Shown here in pieces: positions 17,648 through 43,405 of a DNA stretch of 64,000 nucleotides (its first letter is position 1; each line of letters opens with the position of its first letter). The DNA is taken from the NCBI RefSeq assembly GCF_009914755.1, contig NC_060937.1, one strand, 5' to 3'. Position numbers and translations under genes: made by a program. This stretch comes from the human T2T-CHM13v2.0 reference genome, Homo sapiens. The notes under the pieces were generated by a model that saw nothing but the letters and a program-made list of their open reading frames with translations, did no database searches and was not told where the DNA came from.

Positions 17648-18224
17648 ATATTGCACATATAACCAAGTATTCAGCTGCTGCAGTTGGGCCAGATGATGGT
17701 AAAATTAAACAAGACAGACTTCAGAGGCTGAATTTCTTATGTTTTTCCACTGTTTCATAAAGTCAGGTAAGATTAATTTCTGCACTCCTTTAGTAGCTCA
17801 ATATTACCACCAAGAGAAGACAAATAGACCAAAGTTGCCAGCTTTTAAGAACTCACAGCCTCAATGCCAACACTTCAAATTGGAAATGTTTTCAGGTAAC
17901 CGTATGACACGAGAATCACAAGTAATTCCAGAAACCACTCTTACTGAGATATAGTCTCACGACAAAAAGGACTATAAAGAAAATCTTGAACTTCACTTGG
18001 TAGTTTTATTTTTCAAGCCAATACAGGTATTACTATCTTTTACTTTTTTTTTTTTGTATTTCTGTCAAGCCAAAAATAAATTTGATTTTGTTTGGCACCA
18101 AAATTTTACCGTAAGAGAACATAAGGTTTAATGATATAAACAAAAAGTTTGAAGAGAAACACAATGATGTTAGAATTGAATCAAAAATATTCATATGAGC
18201 TGACGCTTAAAAAAAAAAAAAAAA

Positions 18225-19135
<911 letters not shown>

Positions 19136-19822
19136 AAGAATATTTTCCAGCTCTGCCCTCTGAAATGGCCTTGGATTAATGCCGCTGGTATTTCAAATCT
19201 GACCTGAAACCCCAATGCCCAAATCTTGCCATTTTTTCACTAGAAGGAACCAGAATTGCTTAGAGAAATGATTGACTGTGTTCAGGGAAGGAAGGGTACA
19301 AGGCTGGTCTGGGACACTTCTGTTCCCAAAGGCAAGAAACCTTGCAGAGATTAATGGCAAGACACCAAAGGGACTGAAGACTCAGCCTGCAGGATGGTGG
19401 CAGTGAGGAGATTTACTCAGAATACCTGGCCAAATGCTCTGCTCTTAGGTGACCTCAATGTGGTCATATGTATCTTTTAAGAATGAAGTATGTAAGGGTT
19501 TAAGAGAAGAAATAAGGGTATTTATGTTTTTGAGTTAGTAATGTTTAATTTTTGAGAAATTCAGTCTCAGAGACAGCCTTGTAACTGCTATTTAAAATAA
19601 ACTGCTTTAGACGATATTTTAAAATGAAAACTTCCTAATTTCTTGCATAGTTTTAGAACATCTAAGAGAACTTTAGAATCACTTTAGGATCATTTATAAG
19701 TTTTTTTTATTACATTTATAAGACTTGTTTTGTATTTGGGGGAGTTTTGTTAAGTCAGATCTGTTGAAATATACAAAAAGGAAATCAAATACAGTACATT
19801 TATAAAGGTGGGGGGGTTGTTT

Positions 19823-20420
19823 TATTTTTTTTGAGACGGAGTTTCGCTCTTGTTGCCCATGCTGGATGGAGTGCAATGGCGCAGTCTCGGCTCACTGCAA
19901 CCTCCGCCTCCTGGGTTCAAGGGATTCTCCTGCCTCAGCTTAGGATTAAAGGCATGCACCACCACGCCAGGCTAATTTTGTATTTTTAGTAGAGACAGGG
20001 ATTCTCCATATTGGTCAGGCTGGTCTTGAACTCCTGACCGCAGGTGATCTGCCCGCCTCGGCCTCCCAAAGTGCTGGGATTACAGGCATGAGTCACTGCG
20101 CCTGGCATTTAAATGCAGTTTTTTGTTTTGTTTTGTTTTGAGACGGAGTCTCGCTCTGTCACCCAGGCTGGAGTGCAGTGGCGATCTCAGCTCGCTGCAA
20201 TCTCTGCCTCCAGGTTCACACCATTCTCCTGCCTCAGCCTCCGGAGTAGCTGGGACTAGAAGCACCCGCCACCACACCCAGCTAATTTTTTTTTGTATTT
20301 TTAGTAGAGATGGGGTTTCACTGTGTTAGCCAGGATGGTCTCGATCTCCTGACCCCATGATCCACCCACCTCAGCCTCCCAAAGTGCTGGGATTATAGGC
20401 GTGAGCCACTGCACCCAGCC
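19823..20420 (-). mobile_element. Two Alus (19823-20105, 20120-20420)
   Basis: Reverse-complement Alu dimers. Confidence 0.93.
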
Positions 20421-20505
20421 TAAAAGCAGTTTTTAAATGCTGCAAAAGTATTTAATCACCTCAGTAAATTCAACAGCCCCTATAAGTGATCGTTAAAAAA
20501 TTTTA

Positions 20506-21300
<795 letters not shown>

Positions 21301-22344
21301 TTAATATACTTTAAAAAAGAAAAATGTGATTTGTCAATAATCTTCAAAATCTAAGGAAAAACTTTGATATTGTAACTTTAATAAATTGAATATTAATCAT
21401 TTAAATAAAAAGTAAACCCCTGAATCATCTTTTTAATATACTAAAACAACTCCAAACTCCTATCAGTGGTGGAAAACTAGGATACTTCCCAAAGAGAGGG
21501 CCTTAAGCCCTGAGGAATGCCTGTGAGATGAAGACAGCCGTAAGTCTTCTTGATCATAAAGTGCTTGAAGAAAAAGGAAGTGCTGCTTCCAGCCCAGCCC
21601 TCCAGCCTGAAGAAAGCAGAGCTGGGCAGAAAAGGCCAAGTCAGAGTCAGGACCTTGTAGGCAGGGTGGAGAACTTGAGCCAGGGTCCAGGCGGCCCCCG
21701 CAGCTCCAGGACATCAGGGAGAAGTCCATGTGGCCCAGCATCACACAGTCTTGTGAACCAGCACACCAGGAAATGGAGCCCACGACACAGCTCTGAAGAA
21801 ATCAGCCAACAGCTGTCCACTTCTGTACCCTCCGAAAAGTTACTCCTGGGTGAGGATAAGACGGTAGTATACTGGTGGTCCAGGTGAAATGAGCTGTTAC
21901 TGAAGCCATTGCTTCAGCTGTGTCTGATGATGACTGGGTCTGCAGCCTGTAAATACCTCTGTCTGTGAATAATTTGCATAGGCAAAGGGGAACATCAAGG
22001 GGATTTCTGAGGGTCCTTGGTGACTCTTGTTCCCTGACCTCTCATCTGGCCTGGGTCTTGTCGACAAGAGCTGCAGGGAGAAGCTGAGGGAGGGGTGCTC
22101 TTGTGAATTCCATGGGACAAAGGGCTACACAGCAGCTGGGCTTTGGTGCCTACGTGACAAAGTTTAAAAAACAGAGGACTTGGGCAGGGGCGTGTGCCTT
22201 CCACCTGGTGTGTGGCACCAAGAAGGCTGGATAATCGAGCATTGCTTTGGGTCCCTGAGGGCTTCTGGGAGGTCATAGACACTTTGATGTTGGCTGAACC
22301 TGTTGACCTGCAGATTTTTTTAATTTAAATTTTTTTTTAATTGT

Positions 22345-22636
22345 TTTTATTTATTTATTTGAGACAGGGCCTTGCTCCTTTGCCCAGGCTGGAGTGCAGT
22401 GGCACAGTCATGGTTCACTGCCTCCTTGACTTCCTAGGCTCAAGTGATCCTCTCAACTCAGCCTCCTGAGTAGCTAGGACTATATGTGTGCACCATCACG
22501 CTGGGCTAATTTATTTTTGTAGGGATGCGGTCTCCCTATGTTGCTTAGGCTGGTCTCCAACTCCTGAGCTCAAGTGATCCTCCCATCTCAGTCTCTCAAA
22601 GTGCTAGGATTATAAGCATGAGCCACTGCACCCAGC
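22345..22636 (-). mobile_element. Alu (AluJ-like)
   Basis: Reverse-complement Alu. Confidence 0.9.
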
Positions 22637-23088
22637 TAATTTGTTTTTTCTGATTGTGAATTGAATACTTCTGGAAACGGATCTATGGCCTGATTATCAA
22701 TATTGGCAAGCTAGTCGCTGGCAGGAATGGCCAGTAAAGAGCTCTCCCAACCCCAAGGGCAGACATCAAGAAAGGGTCTCATAAGATAACCCATGTGTGT
22801 TATGTGGGCCAGGGCAAGAGCCAGTGAAATCTGAGTCCTTCCTTTTTACATAATCACATTTGTACCTGCAGCTCATGAAGCCCAGGGAAGCTTGAATTAC
22901 AATAATAATAGCTCACATTAGTGTCATGTTTCTAGTGTACAGGAGTAATTTTGCTTCGTTATCTCAGCAAATCCCCAGGATCTCTTAATTGTCTTCAAAG
23001 AGGGCAAGTTCAACAACTTTCATTTATTTAATACTCATTCATTAAATCTTTGTTGAGCACTTCCTATGTGCCCATCACTATTCTAAAT

Positions 23089-23590
<502 letters not shown>

Positions 23591-24464
23591 TTCAAAGCAC
23601 TGGGAACAAAGTGGTGACCAAGATAGACAGACGTCTAGTCTCATGGAACTGTTATTCTAGTGAAAGACAGAAACTGAACAGGTAGATAAGGAAATAAATG
23701 TATGTGTAAGAGAATAATAATGCAGGTCATGATAAGTGTTATGTAGGAAATAAAGAGGTCAAGGGGATTAAGGATGATGGAAGTGAGGAAGATGGTTTTG
23801 GGAATCAATGGTGAAGAAAACCTCTCCTGGGCAGTGAGGTTTCAAGCGCTCAAATAGCTCTACAGACCTAGAGCAATGCCAAATCCTATGCTCTCTTCAC
23901 CACAAATTATCTGAAACTTCCTCTTCTTTTACATAGCCCAGCCCTGCTTCCTCTCTGAAGCTGTGGCTACTCCACCCATAATAGAAATTAACTGCTTAAA
24001 GTAGTAAAAAGAACTCTGTACAGCATGTGTAATTGAACTAGATTCACTGAACTAGAACAACTCATGGGATGTAATTCAAGCCCAACTTTATTTTTGTCTC
24101 CCTTTCCCCTTTTAAAACTTAGGTGGGGCCCTGATTTTTCTGATCACTTTGGGGAAATAAAAGCCTAAGGGTAATTTAAGTTGCAAATACAGTCTTAATT
24201 AGGTCATTAAATCTCCCCTCTTGCCAGCTGGGACCAGTCGCAGAGGAACACTTTGAAGGTGAAATCCCAACTCTCCATCCTTTACCCCAATACTAGTAAG
24301 AGATCAAAAAGTTCCAAAACATTCTGGACCACCTACTTTGAAAAAATGCACATTGGTCTGGCAATTCATTTTTACATCTGTGATCTGTTGTCTTAGGGCA
24401 TCAGCCGTAATCCCCAACTTAACGTGTTGCTACATAGGTAACAGTATACAAGTCAATATCAGAA

Positions 24465-25010
<546 letters not shown>

Positions 25011-25521
25011 GTTGGATCATTCTGTGTCCTCTGTAGTATCACGCAGCAGCTCTTCCTTACACATACTCTCACTTGGCCCTCCCTGGCACCTCCCTGGCAT
25101 ATGTAAAGCAGATTCCAGCCCCACCATTCTACAGGTGACAGCCCCAAGACTTCCAGGCCACTTAGCAGGTCCATCTCAGACCAGATCTTTCCTTTCTAGT
25201 CAAAATGTCTTGAATTATATATTTATCCTAAGCTTGAACAGTGTTTTACAAAAGATGAATTTGAAAACTCAGGCATAGTCTCCAGGAACATGCAAAGGCA
25301 TTGCAGGGTCATAGCAAACTAGTTCATAAAACCAGTGCACACGTCGCTGCTTATGTCTGTTCCTATCCCCTGTCTAAACACACTGGTCATAGGTCCTTCT
25401 CCTCCTGTCCACTTCTGACATCCTTTAAAATATCACAAGTAATAGCTTACATTAATACTGCACTTTACAAATGCTTTCTGATCATCCATCCCTTGCCTAT
25501 ATTTATTTTGCTTAGAAAGGA

Positions 25522-25895
25522 AGGTCGGGCAAGGTGGCTCACGCCTGTAATCCCAGCACTTTGGGAGGCTGAGGCAGGAGGATTGCTTGAGCCCAGGAGT
25601 TCGAGATCAGCCTGGGCAGTATGTCAAGATCCTATATCTATGAAAAAAAAATTTTTTTTTAATTATCCAAACATGGTGCTATGTGCCTGTGGTCACAGCT
25701 ACTAGGGAGGCTGAGGTAGGAGGATTGCTTGAGCCCAGCAGGTCAAGATGGCAGTGAGGTTTGATTGTGCCACTTCACTCTAGCCTGAGCAACAGAGTGA
25801 AACCTTATTCCCACCCCTGCAAAAGAAAGAAAGAAAAAAGAAAGCGAGGGAGGGAGGGAGGAAGGGAGAGAGAAAAGAAGAGAGGGGGAAAGGAA
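25522..25895 (+). mobile_element. AluJ-like element with a purine-rich (GAAA/GGGA) tail
   Basis: Alu match followed by aaagaaag/gggaggga runs. Confidence 0.88.
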
Positions 25896-26297
25896 GATGA
25901 CAATTTCTGAAATGAACAAAACATAAGAGAAACGTTACTTTGGTAAAACTGCTCCACAAGAAAAGGGTGTTGCATTTTTCAGCTGTAGTTGCCCAAGCCA
26001 GAAAGCTCATAGTCCTGAACAAGGAACAAAATAATTTAAACATGTCACAAAGTGAATCAGGAATTTATTTTTTCTCTAAAACCCTTTCCTCCTTAACATC
26101 ACAGTACTTTTGATACATTACTTTTCGGGGGATCCAAAGATGGAAGACAGTGTGTATGTGTGTGGGAGACTTTTGGGGTGACAGAAAGATGTTCCTAAAA
26201 CTGAAGAATTCCTCCCCATATATATTAATCACATTTGTACCTGTGGTTCCATGAGGCCTAGGGAAGCATGTATTACACTATCTTATTTATACTACAC

Positions 26298-26801
26298 ATA
26301 TTAGACTGAATGTTTATGTCTCCCCAAATTCATACATTGGAATCCCTACCCCCACCGTGATGTTATCAGAAAGCAAGGCCTCTGGGTTGTGTTAGGTCAT
26401 GGGGCAGAGCCCTCATGCCCAGGATTAGTGCCCTTATGAGAGTGGCCCGAGAAACCCCTCATCCCTTTCAGTATGTGAGGAGACCATGAGAAGATGGCTG
26501 TCTATGAACCTGGAAGTGGGCCCTGTCCAGACACTGAAACTGCCAATGCCTTGATCTTGGACCCCTCAGCCTCCAGAACTGTGAGAAATAAATGTCTGTT
26601 ATTATAAGCCACCCAGTCTATAGCATTTTTGTTTTTTAGAGAGGGGTCTTGCTATGTTACTCAAGCTGGACTGAAACTCCTGGACTCAAGTGTCCTCCTA
26701 CCTCAGCTTCCCAAGTATCTAGGACAACAGATGCATACATACCACCATGCTCCGCTCAGTCTACAGCATTCTGTTATAGCGGCCAGAATGAACGAAGACA
26801 C
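26298..26801 (+). mobile_element. MLT1A-like MaLR LTR with an Alu monomer insertion
   Basis: gactgaatgtttatgtctccccaaattca...ccagaactgtgagaaataaatgtctg...gttatagcggccagaatgaacgaagaca. Confidence 0.8.
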
Positions 26802-26829
26802 TATATTGCACATGTAATATAATATATGA

Positions 26830-27675
<846 letters not shown>

Positions 27676-27707
27676 CCCTTGATTTTTTTTAAGAACAAGA
27701 TACTTTG

Positions 27708-28226
27708 TGTGGGAGACTGCCACAGTTACTACTTGAGACCATCGCTACAACAGTTACTACTGTTACTACTTGAGACAGTTACTACTGTTACTACTTGAGA
27801 CCGTCTTTATGAGACTGAAAGAAGGGATGAACGTGGAAATGAAAACTTAAGACAAAAGTAACTGTTTTAAAGGAAGGGTCCAGGGGAAGAAGAAGAGAGC
27901 TCCCTGCTTCTAGTGAGCAAAGGCAGCCTCGAGCTTCTTCAGCCCTTCATATTTATTGGGTATAAAGAGCAGGGAGGAGGAGGTAGATTGGTCAGCTGCT
28001 TAATTGATCACAGGTTCACATTATTGCTAACAGGATTCAGTTGTGCCTAATCACAAGAAACACTCGTGCCTGGGTTGTGACTGCCCTCAGCATTCCTACT
28101 GGGCGGCAGGCACAGTTTGTCAGTTTACCAACATCCTGCTTTCACGAGAACAGTTTGCTGTTTGCTCATATAGCCGCCAGTGGTGCACTGAGTTGACCAC
28201 GACCCTCATTCTTTCAGCCTCCAACA
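27708..28226 (-). mobile_element. LTR3 (LTR3B-like; HERV-K HML-6) solo LTR
   Basis: Minus strand starts tgttggaggctgaaagaatgagggtcgtggtcaactcag; internal gttactacttgaga repeats; 6-bp TSD actttg/acttta. Confidence 0.8.
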
Positions 28227-29149
28227 ACTTTACTGCCATCTTCTGGAAAATTGTTTTTATTTTTGTTATAAGTACCAAATCTGTGATGTATATAATGTGA
28301 GCAACACCTCCTTAAATGCGTCCTTGTGCAGTGCACAACCCACAACCTATACAACCATATGTCACAGAGGCTATGATGTGTATGATATTGTCTAGGGAAA
28401 CTGATGTGCTTGAGTATAACTATGTCCAGAGAGATAGTAGGTTCTTGTCAGAAAATTAGGGTTTCATAACCACTTATAATTACTGTAGCTTTTTCCCAAA
28501 TTACTTCCAACTTCACTTACAGAAAATGTCACTTATGGATTTTATCTTTGTCTAGATTCAGGATTCTAGGGGTGGTAGGAGGATGAGTAAGAGGAAGGGA
28601 GATGGAGATCCTGAATTTGAGAAATCTACAAAAATTAGAAGCTGAGAAGCTAAATCAACAAGCATGTAGACTTGCTGAAGGAAACAGGCCAATTAAGATC
28701 TTCACCCTGGATGACCCCTTGACTTTCTTCACTGGGGTTTCAGAGAAAGTATTTAGATGCCCGTTTCAAAGTCATTACTGGATAAAGACACATTTGCAAT
28801 GAAAAAGAAAGATTTTATTTGCCTTTTCTTCTCACAGTTCAATAATTTTGCATATAAGACTTGGTTTTAAAAATACAAAATGATGATTCTCAAAGTAAAT
28901 GAACCACCTCAAAAAGACAAAAACCTACCATCTTCCGAAAGAACTCTCACTTTCCTCGGCATTAAACACACTCAAACCAGTGGAATCAATGGGAAACTAA
29001 CAATGTTTTTGCAGAGTGACATCCCATTAGTCACAAGGGGAATTTTGAAAAGCACACGTAAGCATAACATTAATTCATTTCCCAGCATTCTGTATTGTAG
29101 TAGCCTAGAGATTTAAAAGAAATTACCTCACTTGTCTTTAAAAACTACA

Positions 29150-29268
29150 CTCTACCTTTGAACAATTAGCAGATTGGGCACCAACTGCTCCTGCCCCGTG
29201 CAGTTGAACACTTGCCTATAAGTGACCCGCACGCAGTTCAAACTCATGTTGTTCAGAGGTCAGCTGTA
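29150..29268 (+). mobile_element. Tigger3-like DNA transposon remnant
   Basis: Terminal motif gcagttcaaactcatgttgttcagaggtcagctgta. Confidence 0.6.
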
Positions 29269-29385
29269 TGATCAGGTCACTAATGAGTCTTCAGACCATG
29301 TTTTGGGGCTTACAAACAAAGATAGTTCATTCAAAAAATTTTTTAAATGGTGTAGTCAGGTGATCTTAATAGTCTCTCCATCCTT

Positions 29386-30091
<706 letters not shown>

Positions 30092-30959
30092 CTTGCATAT
30101 GCTCTCGTATCTGCCAGGAATGCCTTCCTTCTGGCTTATCCATTTGTGAAACTCCTACAAATGAATGGATGGATGAAGGAATGAGTGAACTTGTTACTGT
30201 TAGACCCTGTATAGAGCTGACGTGGATCAACAAAGATAATTAATGCTGAAAACATAATGCACTTAATTTCACTGTTTCTTGTCATCAAATATCTTTGTAC
30301 AATATTTATTTGGTTTACTTGAGTGCTTGTTTTTTAGTGATTTTGGATGCTGAACAAGGGAGAGTTGACTTTGGGTTGGAAAGAACTTACTGGTTTCTTT
30401 TCAAGCCACATTCCAGCCTTCACTGATCCTACTTTCAAGTTGAAAAGCTAAATTCATATCTGTTATTATGAAACCAATTTAATTACTGACTCAAGCAAGT
30501 AGAAAAAATGACATGTTATACTATGGAATAAGGCTTTTTATAAGCCAGCTCTTCTGAAAGCAGCAAAAGAAAAGCCAAACTGATGGAAATTTACTTTGCA
30601 CACAGACTGCACAAACGCCCTTTTAGAAATCAGCTTTGGTGTGCATGAAAGCCTGGCTGTAACAACAGCGCAGTGTGTGAGTTCATGAACCAGCCAGCCT
30701 GTGCTGCTTTGTAAGGAAACCTTTCACAGGGCCCCACTTTGCTCCAGGCACAAGCAGGGTCATGTGGGCTGCAATTAGAGCATGCCACAGGCCAGCTTTT
30801 TACTATTTTCCATCCATAAAAGCGGCTTGTATGTTTATTAGAGTATTTTTCCACTTTTCTTTCTTCCCTCTGCTCCACTCCCTTCTGTTTTAATCAGTGA
30901 TCTCTGAATACAGACTACCTTAAATCTAGAGTATTCTACTGATTCTTAAAAGTGAGACG

Positions 30960-31839
<880 letters not shown>

Positions 31840-32164
31840 CAGCTACAGTGGGAAAGGCTATGCCCACCCCCTCCTTTTGCAGGTGACAAGACACAGTCCT
31901 AGAGAAGGGACCTGCCCAAAGTCACGCAATAATTCAGTAGCCATATCAGAGGAAGAGTCAGAGTCCCTGACTGAGAAAGGTAAGCTTTCCTTGGCCTTGG
32001 TCCTCAGGTTTTCCCACTAAAAAAGCCCTGTGGTGAAGGAGGATGAACGTGTTTCCCTTCTTGGGTCAGGAGACCTCTTCCAAACTTAGTATTTCACTGA
32101 TAACAGTGTTTTTAAAATCTGCCTATTTTGTTTTTGTTGTTGTTAGAAGTTTTATAATTTATTT

Positions 32165-32647
32165 ATTATTTTTTAAATAATTTCAACTTTTATTTTAGAT
32201 TCAGTGGGTACGTATGCAGGTTTGTGATGTGAGTATATTGCATCATGCTGAGGTTTGGGGTACAGCTGATCCTGTCACCCAGGTAGTGAGCACAGTACCC
32301 ACTAGTTAGTTTTTAAATCCATGTCCCCCCCTCCCCATTTTCTTTCTTTCTTTCTTTCTTTTTTGAGATGGAGTCTCACTCTGTCGCCCAGGCTGGAGTG
32401 CAGTGGCCCAGTCTCGGCTGACTGCAACCTCTGCCTCCTGGATTCAAGCGATTCTTCTGCCTCAGCCTCCTGAGCAGCTGAAACTATAGGCATTCGCCAC
32501 CATGCCTGGCTAATTTTTGTATTTTTTGGTAGAGACAGGTTTTCGTCATGTTGCCCAGGCTGGTCTCGAACTCCTGAGCTCAGGCAATCTGCCCGTCTTG
32601 GCCTCCCAAAGTGCTGAGATTACAGGTGTGACTCACCACACCCGGCC
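32165..32647 (-). mobile_element. L1P 3' end fragment followed by an Alu (32338-32647)
   Basis: ttttagattcagtgggtacgtatgcaggtttg...cacccaggtagtgagcacagtaccc, then a reverse-complement Alu. Confidence 0.85.
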
Positions 32648-33172
32648 CTTCTTTTTATTATTAAAACATCTAAGACCAGAGAGAAAATGTATTCTACACA
32701 TCCATGGGGGAATGCAAGAAATATAAGGCATGACCCCTGTCTCCAAAACCTTACAATGATAATATTAGTGATTATGATAATGATGACAGTAGCGATGTCA
32801 TCCAAGAGGTGGGAGGCAATGCAGACTTGAGTCTTTCTAAAATGATTGTGAGGGTACCATAATCGGGAATAAGTGGAAACCACGGAGGTGCCATTACACT
32901 GAAATAAGCACTTCACACTCACAGAGAAGACCGCCTCTTGACAAACCATAGAGATACACTTACACTCCAGATCCCAGGTCGCTCCAGAGCCCACAGACTG
33001 CTTTCCTGACGGAGACCGGATTCTTAGGGCCTCATCCCCAGAACTGAAGTTCTCTGGGTCAGATCAGATTCCTTGCTTGACAGTAAACCTTTCTCCGAAC
33101 CTCATCTTTGCTCCCAAAGTCTTTATCTCTCCTTAACAGAAGAAAATAAGGTTAGAAAGGCAGGCGAAGTTC

Positions 33173-34205
<1,033 letters not shown>

Positions 34206-34669
34206 AACTGAGAGACTTGTTTTTTACTGAATCATCATCTCTGCATGGAAAATTAAAAAGAAAATGGAAGACATAACAAGTATGTGGATAATTCTAAATG
34301 TTTACATAAGTCAACTAAACTATTGGGTTATTCTTTGTTGTAGACATTAAGAATTTTCAGTAGTAATAAGGCTGGGAGCATGACTGTGGCATTTTAAAAC
34401 CAGATTTAAGTGGAAAGAATGATCCAAGACAAAAATCAAGATTAAACAAAGAAAGAAGAGGCAAAAGCAACCAACTGCTTTGCACTAACTGTATGACTGC
34501 GTTACTTTACCATTAGAAGGCCAGGAGCTTGGCTTTTTCATCCTTTAAGTCACGAATGGTGCTAAGTCATTATCTATCTTACCTAGTTCCTCTCTGACAA
34601 ACAATATGCTATGAAATTAACAGTCGGACTTTAGTGAGTAGTCCTTTCTTTAAAAATAGACTTCCTTAG

Positions 34670-36085
<1,416 letters not shown>

Positions 36086-38052
36086 ACCACCATTGTGTGG
36101 TGTTTTGTTATGGCAGCCCTAGAAAACTCATATACCAGGGACTAGGGAAAGCCTCCTAGAGAAAGGAATGGCCAGGCTAAGATGACTGTAGGAAAGCCCA
36201 TTTTAGGACAAGAGAATAGCATGTGTGAAGGCCTAGAGGTGAGAGAGGTTATGGTACCTTGCAGTGACTTGAAACACGCTAAGTATGGCTGGAGCATAAT
36301 AAATAAGAGAGGAGGCAAAGGGAGATACCATGGACAGTGAAACTTCAATGGGTAGCTGTCATTTTTGGCTGCCCAACATCTGAACACACTTTCCACTTTA
36401 TGAGAATCCCTAAATAGGTGGGAGGAGGGTTAAAGTGAGCAGATACCCCATCTTTGAGCTCCTGGCAGCTACAACACGGTACACTGACCTACACACAGCC
36501 AACTTGTGTTCCTATCCAGGACTCTGACTTGGGAGGTAGGCAGATAAAGGGGAGGATGGTTAAAAATGGTTCACAGAGCCTGTGGGAGATCCCTGTGTCC
36601 AGTGGGGCAGAAAGTGCCCAAAAGAAGAGTGCAGCTGTGTGGCAACCAGTGTCCAATGGCAAGATGGCAGGTGTCAAGTGGAGATCCTGCCCACAACCTC
36701 TGACTAAGTGGGGTGACCAACTTGTCCTGAGGAAACTGGGAGGATTGGTCTCTGTCACATAAGCAGATGGTCCCTGTGTTAGGGTTTTGACTGTGCCTTA
36801 CCTCCCTGAGCTTCTGTTGTTTTTCCAAGCCCGTTCCTTAGCCTTCTGGACAATTCTATGAGTTACTTGATATCTTTCCAAAAAGACTCCTTTTCTGCTT
36901 AATCAACAAGAATTGGCTTTTCTTGGCTGCAACAAAGAATCCTGAGTAGTTCCACAGGGGTCAGTCATCCTGTGAAGGGCCTTCTAAGCCACACTATGGA
37001 GTTTAGACTTGGTCCAAAAGTCAAGGTGTCGCGGGGAGTGGGGACCGTGTGGAGAATCCATTGAGTGAGAGCAAGCTGGAAGACAGAAGAGTAGAGAGAA
37101 AGCAGGGAGAAAAGGCTGTGGTAACAAGGCAGGTGAGAGAAGAGGCTGCCTGGACCCTCTAGGTTGTAGGGGGAAGGAGAGAGGTGCAATGATTGGAGAG
37201 AAATGCAGCAGGTCGGTTCAAATTATTGATGAATGTCAGACAGCCAAGAACCAAAAACACTGACCTCCCACTGACCTCAGGGAAACCATGACAGCATCAG
37301 CCTCACGTAGGAAACCAGCCTGCAGGGGCCCATCCTCCACCACCTTCGCTGAATAAATGTTCCCAGGCTGGTGCTCACTCATTCCTGGCTGCAACTGCAT
37401 CACCAGCTGACCTGGGTGAAAAAGGAAGAGTAACAAGCCTCTTGCCAGAGCCACTGAGCCTCACTTGCAGGCCATAGCCAAATTCTGTTAGAAGTGTATG
37501 TCAGGTCTAAATCCACCTCCTCTCACACCTCTGTTGTCCTTGGTCACCACCCAGACTACAGGTCATTCTGGTCAGCAACATATCCTGGTCCAATCTCCCC
37601 TCAAGCCCACTGGAATTTCTGTTTTGTGATTAGCAGATGCCCCATATCTTCCACTTATTTTCCCAATATTCTCCTCACTTCTGCTTTCACAGAAAACTGG
37701 TAGTCTTTTGAGGATACTGTTTCCCTTGGAGCCCTATCAGGTGAAGGTTATTTATTCTTTCACAGCTCAGGGATGTCTGAGTCAGAAGGCAGGGTTGGTG
37801 GTTTCTCCTTGGTTTTTCCACCCTCTTGCAGATCTGCTGCTGTGAATCTTAGGCCACCTGGTATACCCTTTTCCAAATCTCTTCCAGCTTCCTGTTTGCT
37901 TTCCCTCAGTCTTTGCCGCCTGGCTCACAGCGACCTCTCCACTTATTCCAGTGGCTTCAAACCTTGGACTCCTTATCTCAAATGGCTTCCTCCAGACCAC
38001 ACCCTTCATCAAACCCTGAACCTTGTTACCAACTCAAAACTGTTCTACTTCC

Positions 38053-38389
<337 letters not shown>

Positions 38390-39356
38390 TCACTAATTCA
38401 AAAAGCTGAAGTAACTCTACTGCAACTGTTCTAACTTCATCAGGACCTCTAATCTAACTCCTCCACTTTCTTCCTATTCATTAGCCCCACTCATTTCTTA
38501 TATTTATATTAAATTAATATAAATAATACAATAAATTTAATATAAATTGTTATTTATATTAAATTTCATGTCTATGATGATAAGAGTCCTTTCTTTGCAA
38601 CTGCCCAACAAATTTCAACCTTGGGTACATTTTCCCATCTGCCTTTTCCATGTCTGTACCTGATGAAGATCAGTGGAAAAAATGGGGTTACGAGAGTATC
38701 AGAAAAGGCTTCACTATAAACTCACAATTGTTGGTGTCAATTGAGCACCTAAACTTACCAAGCAATGTTAGTGTATTTCTCTAGTTAACATCTCTCCTCT
38801 TCTCTGCTTATTCTAGACCTTCTTCACCTTTTTTCAACCTTGGAACCTCTTCCATTCTCCTCCCTCTTAGCCGTCTCCCCTGTACCTTCGAACTCTTTCA
38901 ACTGGATTATTTCCATGAGTATTAATTAAAACGTGCTCTAATTATCTTCTATCTTTTAAAACAAACCAACAGAAACTCTCCTTGGGCTCGTTTGCCATCT
39001 ACCAGTGCCTTATCTCTTTCTTCTCATTCACAGTCAGCCTTCTTGAGTTTCAGTGTCCAGCTACTACTTCATCACCAATTACCCATGCAACTCTGTGAAG
39101 TCAGGCGTATACATCACTGTTTCATTGAAAGAGCTCTTGTTAAATGAACAGTGACCTTCATATGGCTAAAGAACATGAAATGTCTTTGGTTCAACTTACT
39201 TGACCTTTCCTGGGCATACAACACGGTCGTCACTCCCTCCTTTTTGACTTTTTTGTTTTTTAATTCAGAGTGCCAGAATTCAAATGACACATTTTCTTCC
39301 TTTAGCTTCCATTACCTTCACTTTCCTGGTTTTGCTCAAATATGTCTGACCATTAA

Positions 39357-41280
<1,924 letters not shown>

Positions 41281-41503
41281 GTAACCAAGTTGAAGTAACT
41301 TGAATTTGTTTCTAATTAAAAAGATTTTTTTGAGGAGACTGAAAATTTACAGTTTGGAGATCCAGAGATAATGGAAATTGTGTCTATAGAGGGACAGTAA
41401 CTTGAAATAAGGCTCCCCGGTATTCACTAATTAATTCAACAAATATTTCTTGGAACAACTGCTATGAGCTGGGTATAGTATGGCTAGATACTATTCAGAA
41501 TCA

Positions 41504-43405
<1,902 letters not shown>

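Noticed and set aside
21460-21980. Orphan immunoglobulin V gene suggested by the octamer motif
   Set aside because: No hydrophobic leader, no V-exon Cys/Trp pattern and no heptamer-nonamer RSS that I can identify
27724-27801. Short tandem gttactact(tgaga) repeats
   Set aside because: Internal feature of the LTR3-type element
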